A stretch of DNA of 64,000 nucleotides, from assembly GCA_030390025.1 (NCBI GenBank), contig CM059440.1, positions 52,514,001 to 52,578,000 of the forward strand, given 5' to 3'. The position numbers and the translations under genes were made by a program. The notes below the pieces were generated by a model. That model saw only the letters and a program-made list of their open reading frames with translations, was not told where the DNA came from and did not search any database. This DNA comes from Squalus acanthias (Eukaryota). Numbering within the stretch: the stretch's first letter is position 1; each line of letters opens with the position of its first letter. Positions 39,040 to 52,359 of this stretch are shown in pieces.

Positions 39040-40015
39040 CAACAACAATTTGTATTTATATAGCACCTTTAACGTATAAAACATCCCAAGGTGCTTCACA
39101 GGAGCGTTATCAAAAGAAATTTGACTTCTTAGCACAGAAAGAGGTAGATTTTAAGGAGCGCCTTAAAGGAGGAAAGAGAGGCGGAGAGGTTTAAGGAGGG
39201 AATTCCAGAGCTTAGGGCCTTAGCAGCTGAAAGCACGGCCGCCAATGGTGGAGCAATTAAAATCGGGGATGCTCAAGAGGCCAGAATTAGAGGAGAGCAG
39301 ATATCTCGGAGGGTTGTAGGGCTGGAGGAGATTACAGAGATAGGGAGGGGTGAGACCATGGAGCGTTTGAAAACAAGGATGAGCATTTTCAAATCGAGGC
39401 ATTGCTTAACCAGGACCCAGTGTAGGTCAGCGAGCACAGGGGTGATGGGTGAACGGGACTTGGTGTGAGTTAGGACACAGGCAGTTTTGGATGACTTCAA
39501 GTTTACAGAGGGTAAAACATGGGAGGCTGGCCAGGAGTTCATTGGAATAGTCAAGTCTAAAGGTAACAAAGGCATGGATAAGGGTTTCAGCAGATGAGCT
39601 GAGGCAGGGGCGGAGTAGGGCGATGTTACGGAGGTGGAAATAGGCGGCCTTAGTGATGGCGCGGATATGTGGTCGGAAGCTCATCACGGGGTCAAATATG
39701 ACACCAAGGTTGTGAACAGACTGGTTCAGCCTCAGACAGTTGCCAGGGAGAGGGATGGAGTCGGGATGGAGATGGAGCTAGGGAACGGAGTTTGTGGTGG
39801 GGACTGAAGATAATGGCTTTGGTCTACTCAATATTTAGTTGGAGGAAATTTCTGCTCATTCAGTACTGGATGTCGGACAAGCAGTCAGACAATTTAGAGA
39901 CAGTGGAGGGGTCGAGAGAGGTGGTGGTGAGGTAGAGCTGGGTGGCGTCAGCGTACATGTGGAACTGACGCTGTGTTTTCGGATGGTGTCACCAAGGGGC
40001 AGCATGTAGATGAGG
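39040..40015 (-). mobile_element. L2 LINE 3' portion
   Basis: AYFHLRNIA..AETLIHAFVTFRLDYSN and ITPVLADLHW motifs; (TTG)n-like tail. Confidence 0.85.
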
Positions 40016-40859
40016 TTACCCCAACCTTAACCTAACTCCTCCAATTGTTTTCTATCCTTCAGCCAATTTCTTATCCATTCCCAAGGTTTGCCCTAAATCT
40101 CCACAGCTTGGAGCTCAACTAATTTGTGTGGAACCTTTGCTGAATCTGCCATTCTTCATGTGGTAACCAAGACAGTGGGTGTTGGTAAGGCACAACTTTG
40201 AGCCCATCATTCCAGATTGCTTATCTCAAATGAACAAGTTCTTTCAGTTTCAGTCAGGCTACTCAATAGAATCTCGGTGGCCTGAATGGGCCACGTGACG
40301 CAAACCTTGTAAACATTACGACCCTATTTCCTGTCAACAGTGGTGTGCGCGAAGTTGAAAGGGATAAAAAGCTCTATCAAGGCAAGAGCGGAAACCGAAG
40401 TACAGAGAATGTCTAATAATAACTCGCTGAAATTACAGTTAAAGCCACAACAATTTGCATTTTTTTATCTCTCACTAATTCTCTGTGTCCTCCCACCCAA
40501 GCACTGCTGCAAAAACAGCGAAGGAAATCCTGTGCCTCGTGTTCGGCGCTCCTTGCTGGATCACTCCCTCTGCTGGCTAAATGTGAAACAGCATCTGGAG
40601 GTGCCACAGAGTAATCCTGGGAACAGACTGACTTGTCTTTCTGTAGTGAGGGTGGGGGAGTCCCTGCATATCATTAAAATGCAAAAATAAAACAGTAGCT
40701 GAGTAAAACTTTAAAAGATGGAAATGGGTAATTTGAGCGAAATTCACTGAAGACACTCCGTGAGCAGCTGGACTTCAAGTTTACACAGTGATTAAAAGAA
40801 AAGTAGCTGTACCTTTTGTGTAAGTGTATTTGTTTTTCCATTTTAACATGCTTACATAA

Positions 40860-43800
40860 ACAACAACTTATTATACAGCACCTTTAACATAGTAAAACGT
40901 CAAAAGGCTCTTCACAGGAGCATTATAAAAGTAAATTTGACACCGAGCCATATAAGGAGATATTACGACAGGAACTTGGTCAAAGAGGTAGGTTTTAAGG
41001 AGCGTCCTCAAGGAGGAGAGAGAGGGAGAGAGGTGAAGAGGTTGAAGGAGGGAATTCCAGAGCTTAGGGCCTCAGCAGCTGAAGGCAAGGCCACCAATGG
41101 CGGAGCGATTAAAATCAGGGATGCGCAAGAGGTCAGAATTGGAGGAGCGCAGAGATCTCGGAGGGTTGTAGGGCTGGAAGAGGTTACAGAGATAGGGAGG
41201 GGTGAGGCCAGAGGAATTTGAAAACAAGGATGTGAATTTTGAAATGGAGGAGTTACCGGACCGGGAGCCAATGTAGGTCAGCGAGCAACAGGGGGTGATG
41301 GGTGAACGGGACTTGGAGCGAGTTAGGACACGGGTAGCAGTGTTTCGGGTCAGTTCAAGTTTACGGAGGGTGGAATATGATAGGCCGGTTAGGAGAGCAA
41401 TGGAATAGTCGAGTCTGGAGATAACAAAGGCACGGATGAGGCTTTCAGCAGCAGATGAGCTGAGGCAGGGGCGGAGTTGGGCGATGTTACGGAGGTGGAG
41501 TAAGCGGTCTTGGTGATGGAGTGGATATGTGATCGGAAGCTCATCTCTGGGTCAAATAGGATGCCAAGGTTGCAAATGATATTGTTCAGCCTCAGACAGT
41601 TGCCAGGGAGAGAGATGGAGTCGGTGGCTGGGGAACAGAGTTTGTGGCAGGGAAAGAAGACAAGGCTTCAGTCTTCCCAATATTTAGTTGGAGGAAATTT
41701 CTGCTGATCGAGGACTGGATGTCGGACAAGCAGTGTGACAAATCAGAGGCAGTGGAGGGTTTGAGAGAGGGGATGGTGAGGTAGAGCTGGGCGTTGTCAG
41801 CGTACATGTGGAACCTGATATGTTCTCGGATGATGTCGCCGAGGGGCAGCATGCTGATGAGAAGTAGGAGGGGGCCAAGGATAGATCCATGGGGGACTCC
41901 AGAGGTAATGGTGTGGGAGCGGGAAGAGAAGCCATTGCAGGTGATTCCCTGGCTACAACTAGATAGATAGGAATGGAAAAAGGCAAGAGCAGCCTCACCC
42001 AGCTGGATGACGTAGGAGAGGCGTTGGAGGAGGATGGTGTGGTCAACCATGTCAAAGGCTACAGACAGGTCGGGAAGATTGATGAGGAGGGATAGTTTAC
42101 CGCAGTCACATAGAATGTCATTTGTGACTTTGATAAGAGTCGTTTCAGTGCTGCGGCAAGGGGGGAACCTGATTGGTGGGGTTCAATCATAGAGTTGCGG
42201 GAAAGATGGACACGGATGTGGGGAGCGATCACACGTTCAAGGACTCTGGAGAGAAACAAGAGATTGGAGATGGGGTGGTAGTTTGGAAGGACAAAATGGT
42301 CCAGGGTGGATTATTTGAGGAGGGGGTGATGACAGCAGATTTGAAGGGGAGGGGTCAGTCCCTGAGGAGACGGAAACGTTAACAATATCAGCTAACATGG
42401 GAGCCAGGAAGGGAAGTTGTGTGATCAGCAGTTTGGTGGGAATAGGGTCGAGGGAGCAGGAGGTGGGTCTTATGGACAAGATGAGCTTGCAGAGAGCATG
42501 AGGGGAGATAGGAGAGAAACGCGACAAAGATGCGAGTTCTTGGCTAGGGTAGGGGGGATCCTTGGGGGGTAGTTTGGCTTGGTGGACTAGGCGAAGGGAC
42601 GGAAGTGGCAGAGGCAGCTGAACGGATGGTCTCAATCTTAGTGACAAAGAAAGCCATGAACTGCTGGCACTTGTTGGAGGTGAGGGTGGAGGAAGCACGG
42701 GAACATAAGAACATAAGAAATAGGAGCAGGAGTTGGCCATCTGGCCCTTCGAGTCTGCTCCGCCATTCAATAAGATCATTGGTGATCTTCTACCTCATCT
42801 CCACTTTCCTGCACTATCCCCATATCCCTTGATTCCCTTATTATTCAAAAATCTATCGATCTCTATCTTGAATATACTCAACGATTGAGCCTCCACAGCC
42901 CTCTGGGGTAGAGAATTCCAAAGATTCACCACCCTCTGAGTGAAGAAATTTCTCCTCATCTCAGTCCTAAATGGCTGACCCCTTATTCTGAGACTGTGAC
43001 CCCTGGTTCTAAACTCCCCAGCCAGGGGAAACATCCTCCCTGCATCTACCCTGTCAAGCCCTGTATGAATTTTGTATGTTTCAATGAGATCACCTCTCAT
43101 TCTTCTAAACTCCTGAGAATATAGGCCTAGTCTACTCAATCTCTCCTAATAGGACAATCCCCCCATCCCAGGAACCAGTCTAGTGAACCTTTGTTGCACT
43201 CCCTCTATGGCAAGTATATCCTTCCTTAGGTAAGAAGACCAAAACTGTACACAATACTCCAGGTGTGGTCTCACCAGGGCCTTATATAATTGCAGTAAGA
43301 CGTCTTTACTCTTATACTCAAATCCTCTTGTAATAAAGGCCAACATACTATTCGCTTTCCTAATTGCTTGCGGAACCTGCATGTTAACTTTCAGTGATTT
43401 GGATACAAGGACACCCAGGTCCCTCTGAACACCAACATTTCCCAATCTCTCACCATTTAAAAAATACTCTGCTTTTCTATTTTTCCTACCAAATTGGATA
43501 ACTTCACATTTCTCCACATTATATTCCATTTGCCATGTTCTTGCCCACTTACTCAGCCTGTCTATAATCCCTTGAAGCCTCTTTGCATCCTCCTCACAAC
43601 TTATATTCCCACCCAGCTTTGTATCATCAGCAAACTTGAATATATTACATTTGGCCCCCTCATCCAAATCATTGATGTAGATTGTGAATAGCTGAGGCCC
43701 AAGCACTGATCCTTGCGGTACCCCACTAGTTACAGGCTGTGAAGCCGAAAATGACCCGTTTATTCCTACTCTCTGTTTTCTGTCCGTTAACCAATCCTCA

Positions 43801-45110
43801 ATCCATGCTAGTATATTACCCCCAATCCCATGAGCCCTAATTTTGTTTAATAACCTCTTGTGTTGCACCTTATCGAAAGCCTTATGAAAATCCAAATACA
43901 CCACATCCACTGGTTCCCCCTTATGTATTCTGTTAGTTACAACCTCAAAAAACTCTGATAGATTTGTCAAACACGATCTCCCTTTCATAAATCCATGTTG
44001 ACTCTGCCCAATCCTATTATTTTCTAAGTGCTCTGTAAGGCCACTTAGGGCCCTGTTAGGGAGAGGAGTTTAAGAAGACGGTTTGTAGTGGAGAAGAGAA
44101 GCCAGGTGTTATCTTTCAATTCCAGGATGATCCTGGAACAGTGAGCAGTTTTGGCCGAGGAAAACCCGACGTCTGTGTCCCTTGGACTTATTGGCAGCGG
44201 AGATGAGGGCCGTACCAGGAGGAATGACCAGGGTAAGAGAGAGTAACTGTTTCAATGGGGACAAGGGCATCAAAGGCGGAGGTGAGAGTGTTTGAGAAGA
44301 TCGGTAGCTGCAGAAATTCTGTGGTGAATGGAGGGCCAAAGGCTGGACAGTTGGGATTTTGAAAGTGCAGTTGTTAGTGAATTGGGAGAGTTTTTTTCCA
44401 GGGGCGGACACAGGAAGTAGGGTTGGGAGGGGGAAGGGGGATGTGAGTGGAGAGGAATAAAAGGAAGTGATCAGAGATGGCCTTATCTGTGATTAATACG
44501 ATGGGAGTAGCGAGGCCATGTGAGATGGCAAGGTCAAGGGGGTGGCCGTGAATATGGGTAGGGGAGCTTATATGGAGGGAGAGATTAAGGGAGGATAGGA
44601 GGGCAGTGAACTAAGAGGAGAGAGGTCAGGTGAGCTGAGATGGAGGTTGAAATCACTGAGGATGAGAAGTCGCTCGGTGCAGAGGCTGAGGGAAGAAAGC
44701 AGTGAAGTTATCTCGGTGAGAAATTTGGCATGGTACTTGGGTGGGCGGTAGGCAACGAGTATTTTAAAGGAGAGGTGAGGGGGTGGAGCAAGGTGAGATG
44801 CTCAAAGGAGGAGAAGGTGCCAGAGGAGTAGGGGGTCAGAGCAAGGTGTAATTTGGTGAGAAGGGCCACACTGCCACTGTGCCAGTCTGGGCGGGGATGG
44901 TGGTGGAAGATATAGCCAGGCGGAGAGGCTTCATTACAGGGGGGGAAGGTGTCATCACCCGTCAGCCAAGTATCGGCCAAGGCCATGATGTCGATGCACT
45001 CATCCACAATAAGCTTGTAGATGGCAAGGGCCTTGTTCACAAGTGAATGGACATTCTGGAGGGAGATGCGGAGAGGGGCAGTGATAGATGATCCACAGGC
45101 ACAGTCCACA
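40860..45110 (-). mobile_element. Degenerate L2 LINE ORF2 (APE to 3' end) with a CR1 inserted at ~42703-44035
   Basis: LQNVHSLVNKA..ALADTWL (44708-45109), SCSLDPIPTKLL, GVPHGSILGP, HMYADNAQLY. Confidence 0.88.
42703..44035 (-). mobile_element. CR1 LINE 3' portion nested in the L2
   Basis: ORFs 43146-43988 and 42795-43139; 3' tail near 42703. Confidence 0.92.
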
Positions 45111-45524
45111 ACCTGCTAAGACATGTCGTTGCAATTGAATAACGCAGTTGAAAAGAATGATAAAATAGTGAGTCTTGATCTAATTGTCATATCTTTATTG
45201 GCGAAAGATTAGTCCGGTACCTTTCCACTAATATAGGCTGCAGGGTGGGATTTTTCAGTGTGCTACTTCCAACAGTTCGGGGGTGTTGTGCAGAATTGAG
45301 CATTCATTTATCCTACAAATAGAAATCATATCCCCGTGGCTTTCCCCAATGATCTTCCATTGAACATGCTTAGACCGTGTGGCTTAGTTACCAGAATACA
45401 TAAAATGGTTGGTTAAACTCCGCTCCCGATGTATTTTAAATATACTTCACAGCCTATAGAACTTCCGACTCCCATTCTGAGGTTGGCGTCTTTAGTTTAG
45501 ATCTGCCATCATTCTACGGTTTGT

Positions 45525-45795
45525 CACCCGTGGTTCAGTGGGCAGCACCCTCGCCTCTGAGCCTGAAGATTGTCAGTCATACTCCAGAAACTTGAGCACA
45601 AAAATCTAGACTGACACTCCCAGTGCAGTGCTGAGGGAGTGCTGCGCTGTCAGAGGGGCCGTCTTTTGAATGAGACGTTAAACCGAGGCCCCGTCTGCTC
45701 CCTCAGGTGGATGTAAATGATCCCATGGCACTATTTAGAAGAAGAGAAGGGGAGTTATCCCTGGTGTCCTGGACAATATTTGTCCCTCAATCATC
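45525..45795 (+). mobile_element. SacSINE1/Deu-type SINE, 5' part
   Basis: Matches 38090-38350. Confidence 0.75.
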
Positions 45796-46507
45796 TCGCG
45801 ATCACCCGTGTTACACTATCGCACAAACTCCAATCTACCCCAGCACCTGTGGAGAGAACAGACAGGTTAATGTTGCAGGAATGCAACAGGAATGCTTCAT
45901 CAGCTGGTGTATGGTTACACCTGAAACATTAACTTGCTTGTTCTCTCCACAGATGAGATGCGGCCTAACCTGCTGAGTGCTTCCAGCATTTTGTGCTTTT
46001 GTTGCTGAGGATGATGTAGTGAATAAAGAGAAAGTGAAATATAAAATGTTAAATTCAGACAGGCAAAACTCTGAACAGGTGTAGTTAAGTTTAAATGGAC
46101 CTGTTGTTTATTTTCTCAAGTTTATTAGCAATCTCATAAATCATTAAAGAATCAATAATGGTTGTATACCAATGCTGAAATGGCCATGGGTATCTATTAA
46201 CCTCTTAACCTTTCTGGGTCACAGGCAGCAGTAAGTGATTAGGAACTAGCCTCCATTCACTATTCAACCAGTTGCCGCTGACTCATCCGTGTTATGCCTA
46301 TTTTTCATTGAACCAATAAAATAAATAGCCGGAAAAACAGCTCCACAAGTGCCCCCCACCCTGGATCTGAGGAGACACCACTAATATATTCTGAACGGGA
46401 CGTCCAATCAAAACTAAAGAAGCTTACATTAAAACTAAATCATAATATTGTTGTCTCTGTCGATAAAACAGTGTATGTCCTGCGCATACCAGACCTCTGC
46501 TAGCAAG

Positions 46508-46600
46508 AAAAGCCTACTGCACCTGGTGTTCCCAGGACTGACTACTTAGCTTCCAAGATCAGATGGGATCGGGTACTTTCACCATAGTGTGGCTGTAAGC
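46508..46600 (-). pseudogene. 5S rRNA pseudogene with internal deletion
   Basis: GCTTACAGCCACAC..CCCGATCCCATCTGATCTTGGAAGCTAAG..CCTGGGAACACCAGGTGCAGTAGGCTTTT. Confidence 0.8.
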
Positions 46601-47047
46601 AATAGCCTGCTTTGGTTCACTTTACTTAAAGGCTTCCTGCTTTGTGTCTTTTTTTTGCTAGCTTATTTTACAAAGTTACAAGATATTTATAGCACAGAAA
46701 CAGGCCATTCGGCCCAACCAGTCCTTGCCAGTGTTTATGTTCCGCATGAGCCTCCTCCCACCCTACTTCATCTAACCCCATCAACCTATTCCTTTCTCCC
46801 TCATGTGTTTATCGAGCTTCCCCTTAAATGCATCTATGCCTCAACTCCTCCCTGTGTTAGCGAGTTCTGCATTCTGACCACTCTCTGGGTAAACGGTGCT
46901 AACACTGAGGCACTCTATCTCGGCCCTATGTCTGCCAGCAAGAGAAAGTGCAGCAAAGGAAAGAGAAAGAGAGCGAGAAAGAGAGAGTGAGTGCAGGAGC
47001 GAGGCAGTGTGAATGTGCAGAGCTGAGAGCAGCCTCTGCTGGCAAGA

Positions 47048-47133
47048 AAAGCCCACTGCACCTGGTATTCCCAGGCGGTCTCCCAGGTAGGTACTAACCC
47101 AGACCTGCCTCTGCTTCGCTTCTGAGATTGGGC
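47048..47133 (-). pseudogene. 5S rRNA pseudogene, 3' part (probable 5' part at ~50917-50950)
   Basis: ATCTCAGAAGCGAAGCAG..GTTAGTAC..GGGAGACCGCCTGGGAATACCAGGTGCAGTGGGCTTTT. Confidence 0.8.
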
Positions 47134-47395
47134 GTTGTTTTAAAAAAAAATGTATTTATTAAATTAATCCAACGTTAAACACACTGGCGTGGAACTTGCT
47201 CTCAGCGGCGCTCGCCGTTCATTACACTTGCAGCTGCCCACAGACTTTTCGTGGGCTTTTGAGTGGCAACTTACAGTCATCGGGTGTCTGAAACAGCACG
47301 GCACCCTCTACAGGAGATCTGGGGTGTGTGAACAGAGCAAGCAACAACGTGTCTCCTCAACCAATCCGATTGAAGAATCCTCACTGAGACACGCA

Positions 47396-48125
47396 GGGCT
47401 GGATTTTGATACTGGAGCGGGTTGGGGTCGTGTCATCTGCATTTCGTGTTATCCACCCGACTGCAATTGGATGTGGGAGATTGATGCAATTTTCACCTAA
47501 TTGGGCAATTGAGTTCCAGCATGTGGGAACCCATGAAGCAATGAGTGGATTCAGTCTGAAAGTCGCCTCTGATGATGTCATCATTGGTGCTGCATTGAAG
47601 GTCTTCAGAGACTGCCTGGCCTTTGCTGTGAGTGGACCTGGATGCAAAATGAGCAGGAGAGAGAGAGAGAGAGAATTAATTTTTTTTTGCCTCCAGGTCC
47701 TCTCACAGCAAAGGCCCATTCAATGCAACAGCATCAGAGGCGACTTTCAGACCTAATACTACTACTACCTTCATCACATCTCCGTTGTAATAGTGGACCT
47801 GCAGCTGATAGTCAGCTATCCACTTGTGCTCCTGCCAGGTTTCACTGGCGTGTTTCACATCAGGCGTGCTTCACATGGGAAAAGGGTTAAACTAGCTAAA
47901 ACGTTTCAAAATGGCATTACAGAGCCAATTTAGGGCTTGTTAAGGACTTTAATGGCCATTCCCGCCTCTTGGAGGCGGGACGGAGTCGGGAACACCGCAC
48001 ACGATTTTATCAAAATTGCGTGGAGGCGGAATGGAGGCGGGATCAGGTCCGCCTGCCACTTTTAGCAATTTTAACCCCACACACACCTCCAAACCCGCCT
48101 CCACGGCCCTATGAAAATCCAGCCC
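47396..48125. mobile_element. Harbinger-like MITE with an internal hairpin (~47555-47750)
   Basis: TIR GGGCTGGATTTT...AAAATCCAGCCC; TSD GCA. Confidence 0.85.
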
Positions 48126-48420
48126 GCAGAGTCTAAACCAGGAAGTATAAGTTAGAATATTAAATTCAATGTCAAATTATGCACAGCAAGCAAAATAAAG
48201 AGAGGGAAAAAAAGATGGGATTAAGCGCAAGATAAAAGAGACAGAAAGAAAAAGTTAAAAAAATTTGAATTTTTAATTTTTTTAAAATCTCCAACAATAA
48301 TTAAAATCTGATGGAATGAGACTCCACACTTGTAAATTTAAATTTTATGGGGCAGAGAGGTTGCTTGGCAGTAATTACGACTTATTATGCTGTTAAAAAT
48401 TCACTTACACCTGAATGCAC

Positions 48421-48620
48421 GGCCATGTTCGTGCCCGGGTGGCCCTGGAGATGGAGCACGCGGTGTCCGCCGGCACGCTCGAGGCCTTCTGCAACCGGTG
48501 GGCACCACAGGGACTGGAGTGCATCATCACCCTGGCCAACCAAGTTTTAATTTAATTTGTTAAGTTTCATTTAATGTATTTTGTTAATTTATTTGTTTAT
48601 TGTTTGTACCCAAAAGAGTG
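48421..48620 (+). mobile_element. Tx1/L1-group LINE 3' fragment
   Basis: 13-bp TSD CACCTGAATGCAC (48408-48420 and 48621-48633); RARVALEMEHAVSAGTLEAFCNRWAPQG; empty site at ~4567-4579. Confidence 0.8.
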
Positions 48621-48964
48621 CACCTGAATGCACCAGCCCTAACACTTTCTGGTGTATTTAGTGGGTAAGTATCACAACTTCATGCCCTTCACGTGTTTGA
48701 ATGCCGAATCTCTCAGTGAGGTGCCAGTGTAGTGAAGCTTGTGGAGGAGCATGGCAAATTAGACAGCAACTTCAGGATTTCTGTGTTTAATTGCACATGT
48801 GCGGAGGCTGGATTTTGCTGTCTGATTTACTCAATAACGGAGAACACTGACAACCTCACCTTTATTCTTACCACAAAAGTTGGGCCAGTTACAATATTGT
48901 GACCATTCCTTTGTACCGCAATTAGCTTCAAAAATTAAAGTTCAATTCACCTCCTACGACTACG

Positions 48965-50190
48965 GAATTGAATAAAATCAGTATTTGTAGGGAAATGGTG
49001 TTAGGGAAATTGACGGGATTGAAGGCCGATAAATCCCCAGGGCCTGATAATCTACATCCTAGGGTACTTAAGGAAGTGGCCCTAGAAATAGTAGATGCAT
49101 TGCTGGTCATCTTCCAAAATTCTATAGACTCTGGAACAGTTCCCATGGATTGGAGGGGAGCTAATGTAACCCCACTATTTAAAAAAGGTGGTAGAGAGAA
49201 AACGGGGAATTATAGACCAGTAAGCCTGACATCGGTAGTGGGGAAAATGCTAGAGTCCATTATAAAAGATGTAATAGCAGAGCACTTGGAAAACAGTGAC
49301 AGGATCGGACAAAGTCAACATGGATTTACAAAAGGTAAATCATGCTTGACTAATCTACTGGAATTTTTTGAGGATGTAACTGGTAGAATAGATAAGGGAG
49401 AACCAGTGGATGTGGTGTATTTGGACTTTCAGAAGGTTTTCGATAAGGTCCCGCATAAGAGATTAGCGTGCAAAGTTAAAGCACATGGGATTGGGGGTAA
49501 GGTACTGATTTGGATAGAAAACTGGTTGGCAGACAGGAAGCAAACAGTTGGAATAAATGGGTCTTTTTCCGAGTGGCAGGCAGTGACTAGTGGGGTACCG
49601 CAGGGATCGGTGCTAGGAACACAGTTATTCACAATATATATTAATGACCTAGACGAGGGAACTAGATGTAATATCTCTAAGTTTGCAGATGACACAAAGC
49701 TGGGTGGGCGTGTGTGCTGTGAGAAGGATGCAGAGAAACTCCAGTATGATTTGGACAGGTTGGGTGATTGGGCAGATGCATGGCAGATGCAGTATAATGT
49801 GGATAAATGTGAGGTTATCCACTTTGGTGGCAAAAACAGGAAGACAGATTATTATCTGAACGGCAATAGATTGGGAAAAGGGGAAGTGCAACGAGACCTG
49901 GGTGTCCTTGTGCACCAGTCGCTGAAGGTAAGCATGCAGGTGCAGCAGGCGGTTAAGAAGGCAAATGGTATGTTGGCCTTCATAGCGAGAGGATTCGAGT
50001 ACAGGAGCAAGGATGTCTTGCTGCAGTTGTACAGGGCCTTGGTGAGACCACACCTTGAGTATTGTGCGCAGTTTTGATCACCTTATCTGAGGAAGGATGT
50101 TCTTGCCATGGTGGGAGTGCAGCGAAGATTCACCAGACTGATACCTGGGTTGGCAGGAATGACGTATGAAGAGAGATTGGGTCGATTGGG
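48965..50190 (+). mobile_element. CR1 RT fragment (young family of 11105-15510)
   Basis: 369-aa ORF nearly identical to ORF 11861-13084. Confidence 0.93.
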
Positions 50191-50765
50191 AATAACAACA
50201 GAAAACGCTGGAAAAACAGAGTTAACGTTTCAGGTCGAAGACCTTTCGTCAGAACTGGAAAAAAGCAGGAAATGAAATAGATTTAAAGCAAGTATAAAGC
50301 TGGGAAAAGGGGGAGGGGATGAAAGAACAAAGGGGAAGGTCAGTGGTGGGATAGAAAGCAGGAGAGATTAAGAGACATTGAGAGACATTAAGAGATAATC
50401 AAATCAAGAGGAGGTGTTAATGTGACAGGTTGAGGCTAGATGAAGTGTGAGATGCGCTGGCAGAATGAAGGACAGCTGCCAGCTTCTGGGAGGGGAAAAA
50501 AAGGGCCAAAGAAAAGGGTGGATGAAAAAAATAAAATAAAAATATATAAATGTGACAAGGGCCGAGGTTATGATTTGAAATTGTTGAACTCGATGTTGAG
50601 TCCAGAGGGCTGTAGAGTGCCTAAACGAAAGATGAGGTGCTGTTCCTCGAGCTTACGCTGAGCTTCCGTGGAACAATGCAAGAGGCCGAGGACGGTGAGG
50701 TCTGGCTGAACTTGTTCTCACATTGAACAACTTCTCCTTTGACTCCACCCATTTCCTCCAAATAT
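50191..50765 (-). mobile_element. Penelope-like 3' end (hammerhead 50220-50256, GIY-YIG C-terminus) with an inverted RT piece at 50702-50764
   Basis: Minus strand RKLEEQHLIFRLGTLQPSGLNIEFNNF; plus strand LAELVLTLNNFSFDSTHFLQI. Confidence 0.8.
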
Positions 50766-52359
50766 TGAACTTCAATTACTGATTAAAAAATACCATCCTT
50801 AAATTCCTTACAGAATAATGGATCCACAAAGCCTCATAATGCTCTTTTAGTCTATATTTAAAATACTCTTTCAGATTTATTCTTCTACCCTTATAAAACA
50901 GAGCATTCCTTCATGGCACGATCGGGTGTTTTCAGAGTAGTAGGTTAGGCATCTGCTGATTGGCTTTCCCTTTACCTAAAGGCTTGCAGTCCTGTCGTCT
51001 AGCTTGTGTTTCCTTTTATATTTCTTTCCCCCCTTCCCCACCTTGCTCTCTTGATCCTCAGGCTTCCCCACACACACAAACTACAAGCCCTACCCTTCAT
51101 TGCCTTCCCCTTGCCTCAACCTTCAAAACTCCATTAGCTCCACCCTTCCTTACCTCGCTCACCCACTCACTCACTGCTGTAAAAACGCTGCTCCTTCCTG
51201 CCTCAAAATACACACAATTAGGGAGCAGCTTTTTCTCCTCTCCCAGGCCCGGCTGCTTAAAACAGGCTCAAGCCCACAACCCAATTCAAGACGCCTTTGC
51301 CCAATTCAGACCAGAACAAGATGTGGGCCTTTCTGCACATTGATAAAAGCCGCCCGCGTGGCCCCAATTTGGCCAGCAGGCCGACCCAGCAGCAGAACAT
51401 GCTACAAGGAAATGAGCCGAGGAAAGAGAGCGAGCGCGTGAGAGAGCGAGAGGGAAAGAGGGAGGGAGCGCGTACAAGCAATCAACTAAAAAGGTTTCCA
51501 AATGAAGGCAGTGTCAGTGCAGCACCAAAGCATCAGCCGAATTTTTTGTGCTCAAGTCTCGAGAGGGACTTGGAACCCACAACCTTCTGACCCAGACACA
51601 AGAGTGCTACCCACTGAGCCACGGCCGACCCTGTATGTGAGGGGCACTACAGAAATGCAGGTTGTTGTTGTCCAAGTGCCTATTCTTTTTGTGCAGCGAC
51701 TGCCGGTAAACTATTCGACTGCGGGGTAAGCCCAACGCTACCCTTATCGGGCATCTGCACGCACTGCAGGAGGGATCAGGAATGGGAATCTCGGATGTTT
51801 CTCTTTTGCTCCGATTGCCCAGGAAGCTGAGGTCAGTTGCATCCATTCCTGTTGACTGTTTCAGCAAGAACCTCGAAACCATCAACCCTGGGGGCTTCTT
51901 TAATTTGTTCAGCTCAGCGCTACAAAAAGTGCTTGGAGACTGAGGCACTGGGGAGGTCCTGTGTCCAGCACATGTTAGGTAGTGGAGAGCTGGAAGTGAT
52001 TACATGGCACTAAACTCATAGAGGGGTTCAGATGATGTCATAAACTCCCAAAGTGAAGCTTGAGTGGTGTATAACTCTGAGATGACATTGCAGCCTTCAA
52101 ATCGTTCCTATGTACCAGTATGTTTTGTGATATTCGAACTGCAGACTTTAAAGGGGTGCTTTTATTTCTTTGAGCGTGCACTTCTTTGCCAACAGATGAA
52201 AACACTGATGTACCCTCCACGCTGCATGGCTGAGAGTTTCTTCCCTGAAGGATTAACCACTGCAAGTACTGAGTGAGAATCAACAATCGGTATACGTCTA
52301 TATTACATTTCAAAGGCCAGTGGGTTATACAAAATCAAAGAAAACTTACAAACACCAAA

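Larger units (their letters stand above)
47125..48875. repeat. Copy 2 of the inverted duplication (copy 1 at 4326-5968)
   Basis: Reverse-complement match; carries an extra Tx1 insertion absent from copy 1. Confidence 0.85.

Noticed and set aside
46508-47133. Functional 5S rRNA genes
   Set aside because: Internal deletion, truncation and many substitutions in the internal control region
51607-51948. 113-aa ORF in non-repetitive sequence
   Set aside because: No recognisable domain or supported splice structure
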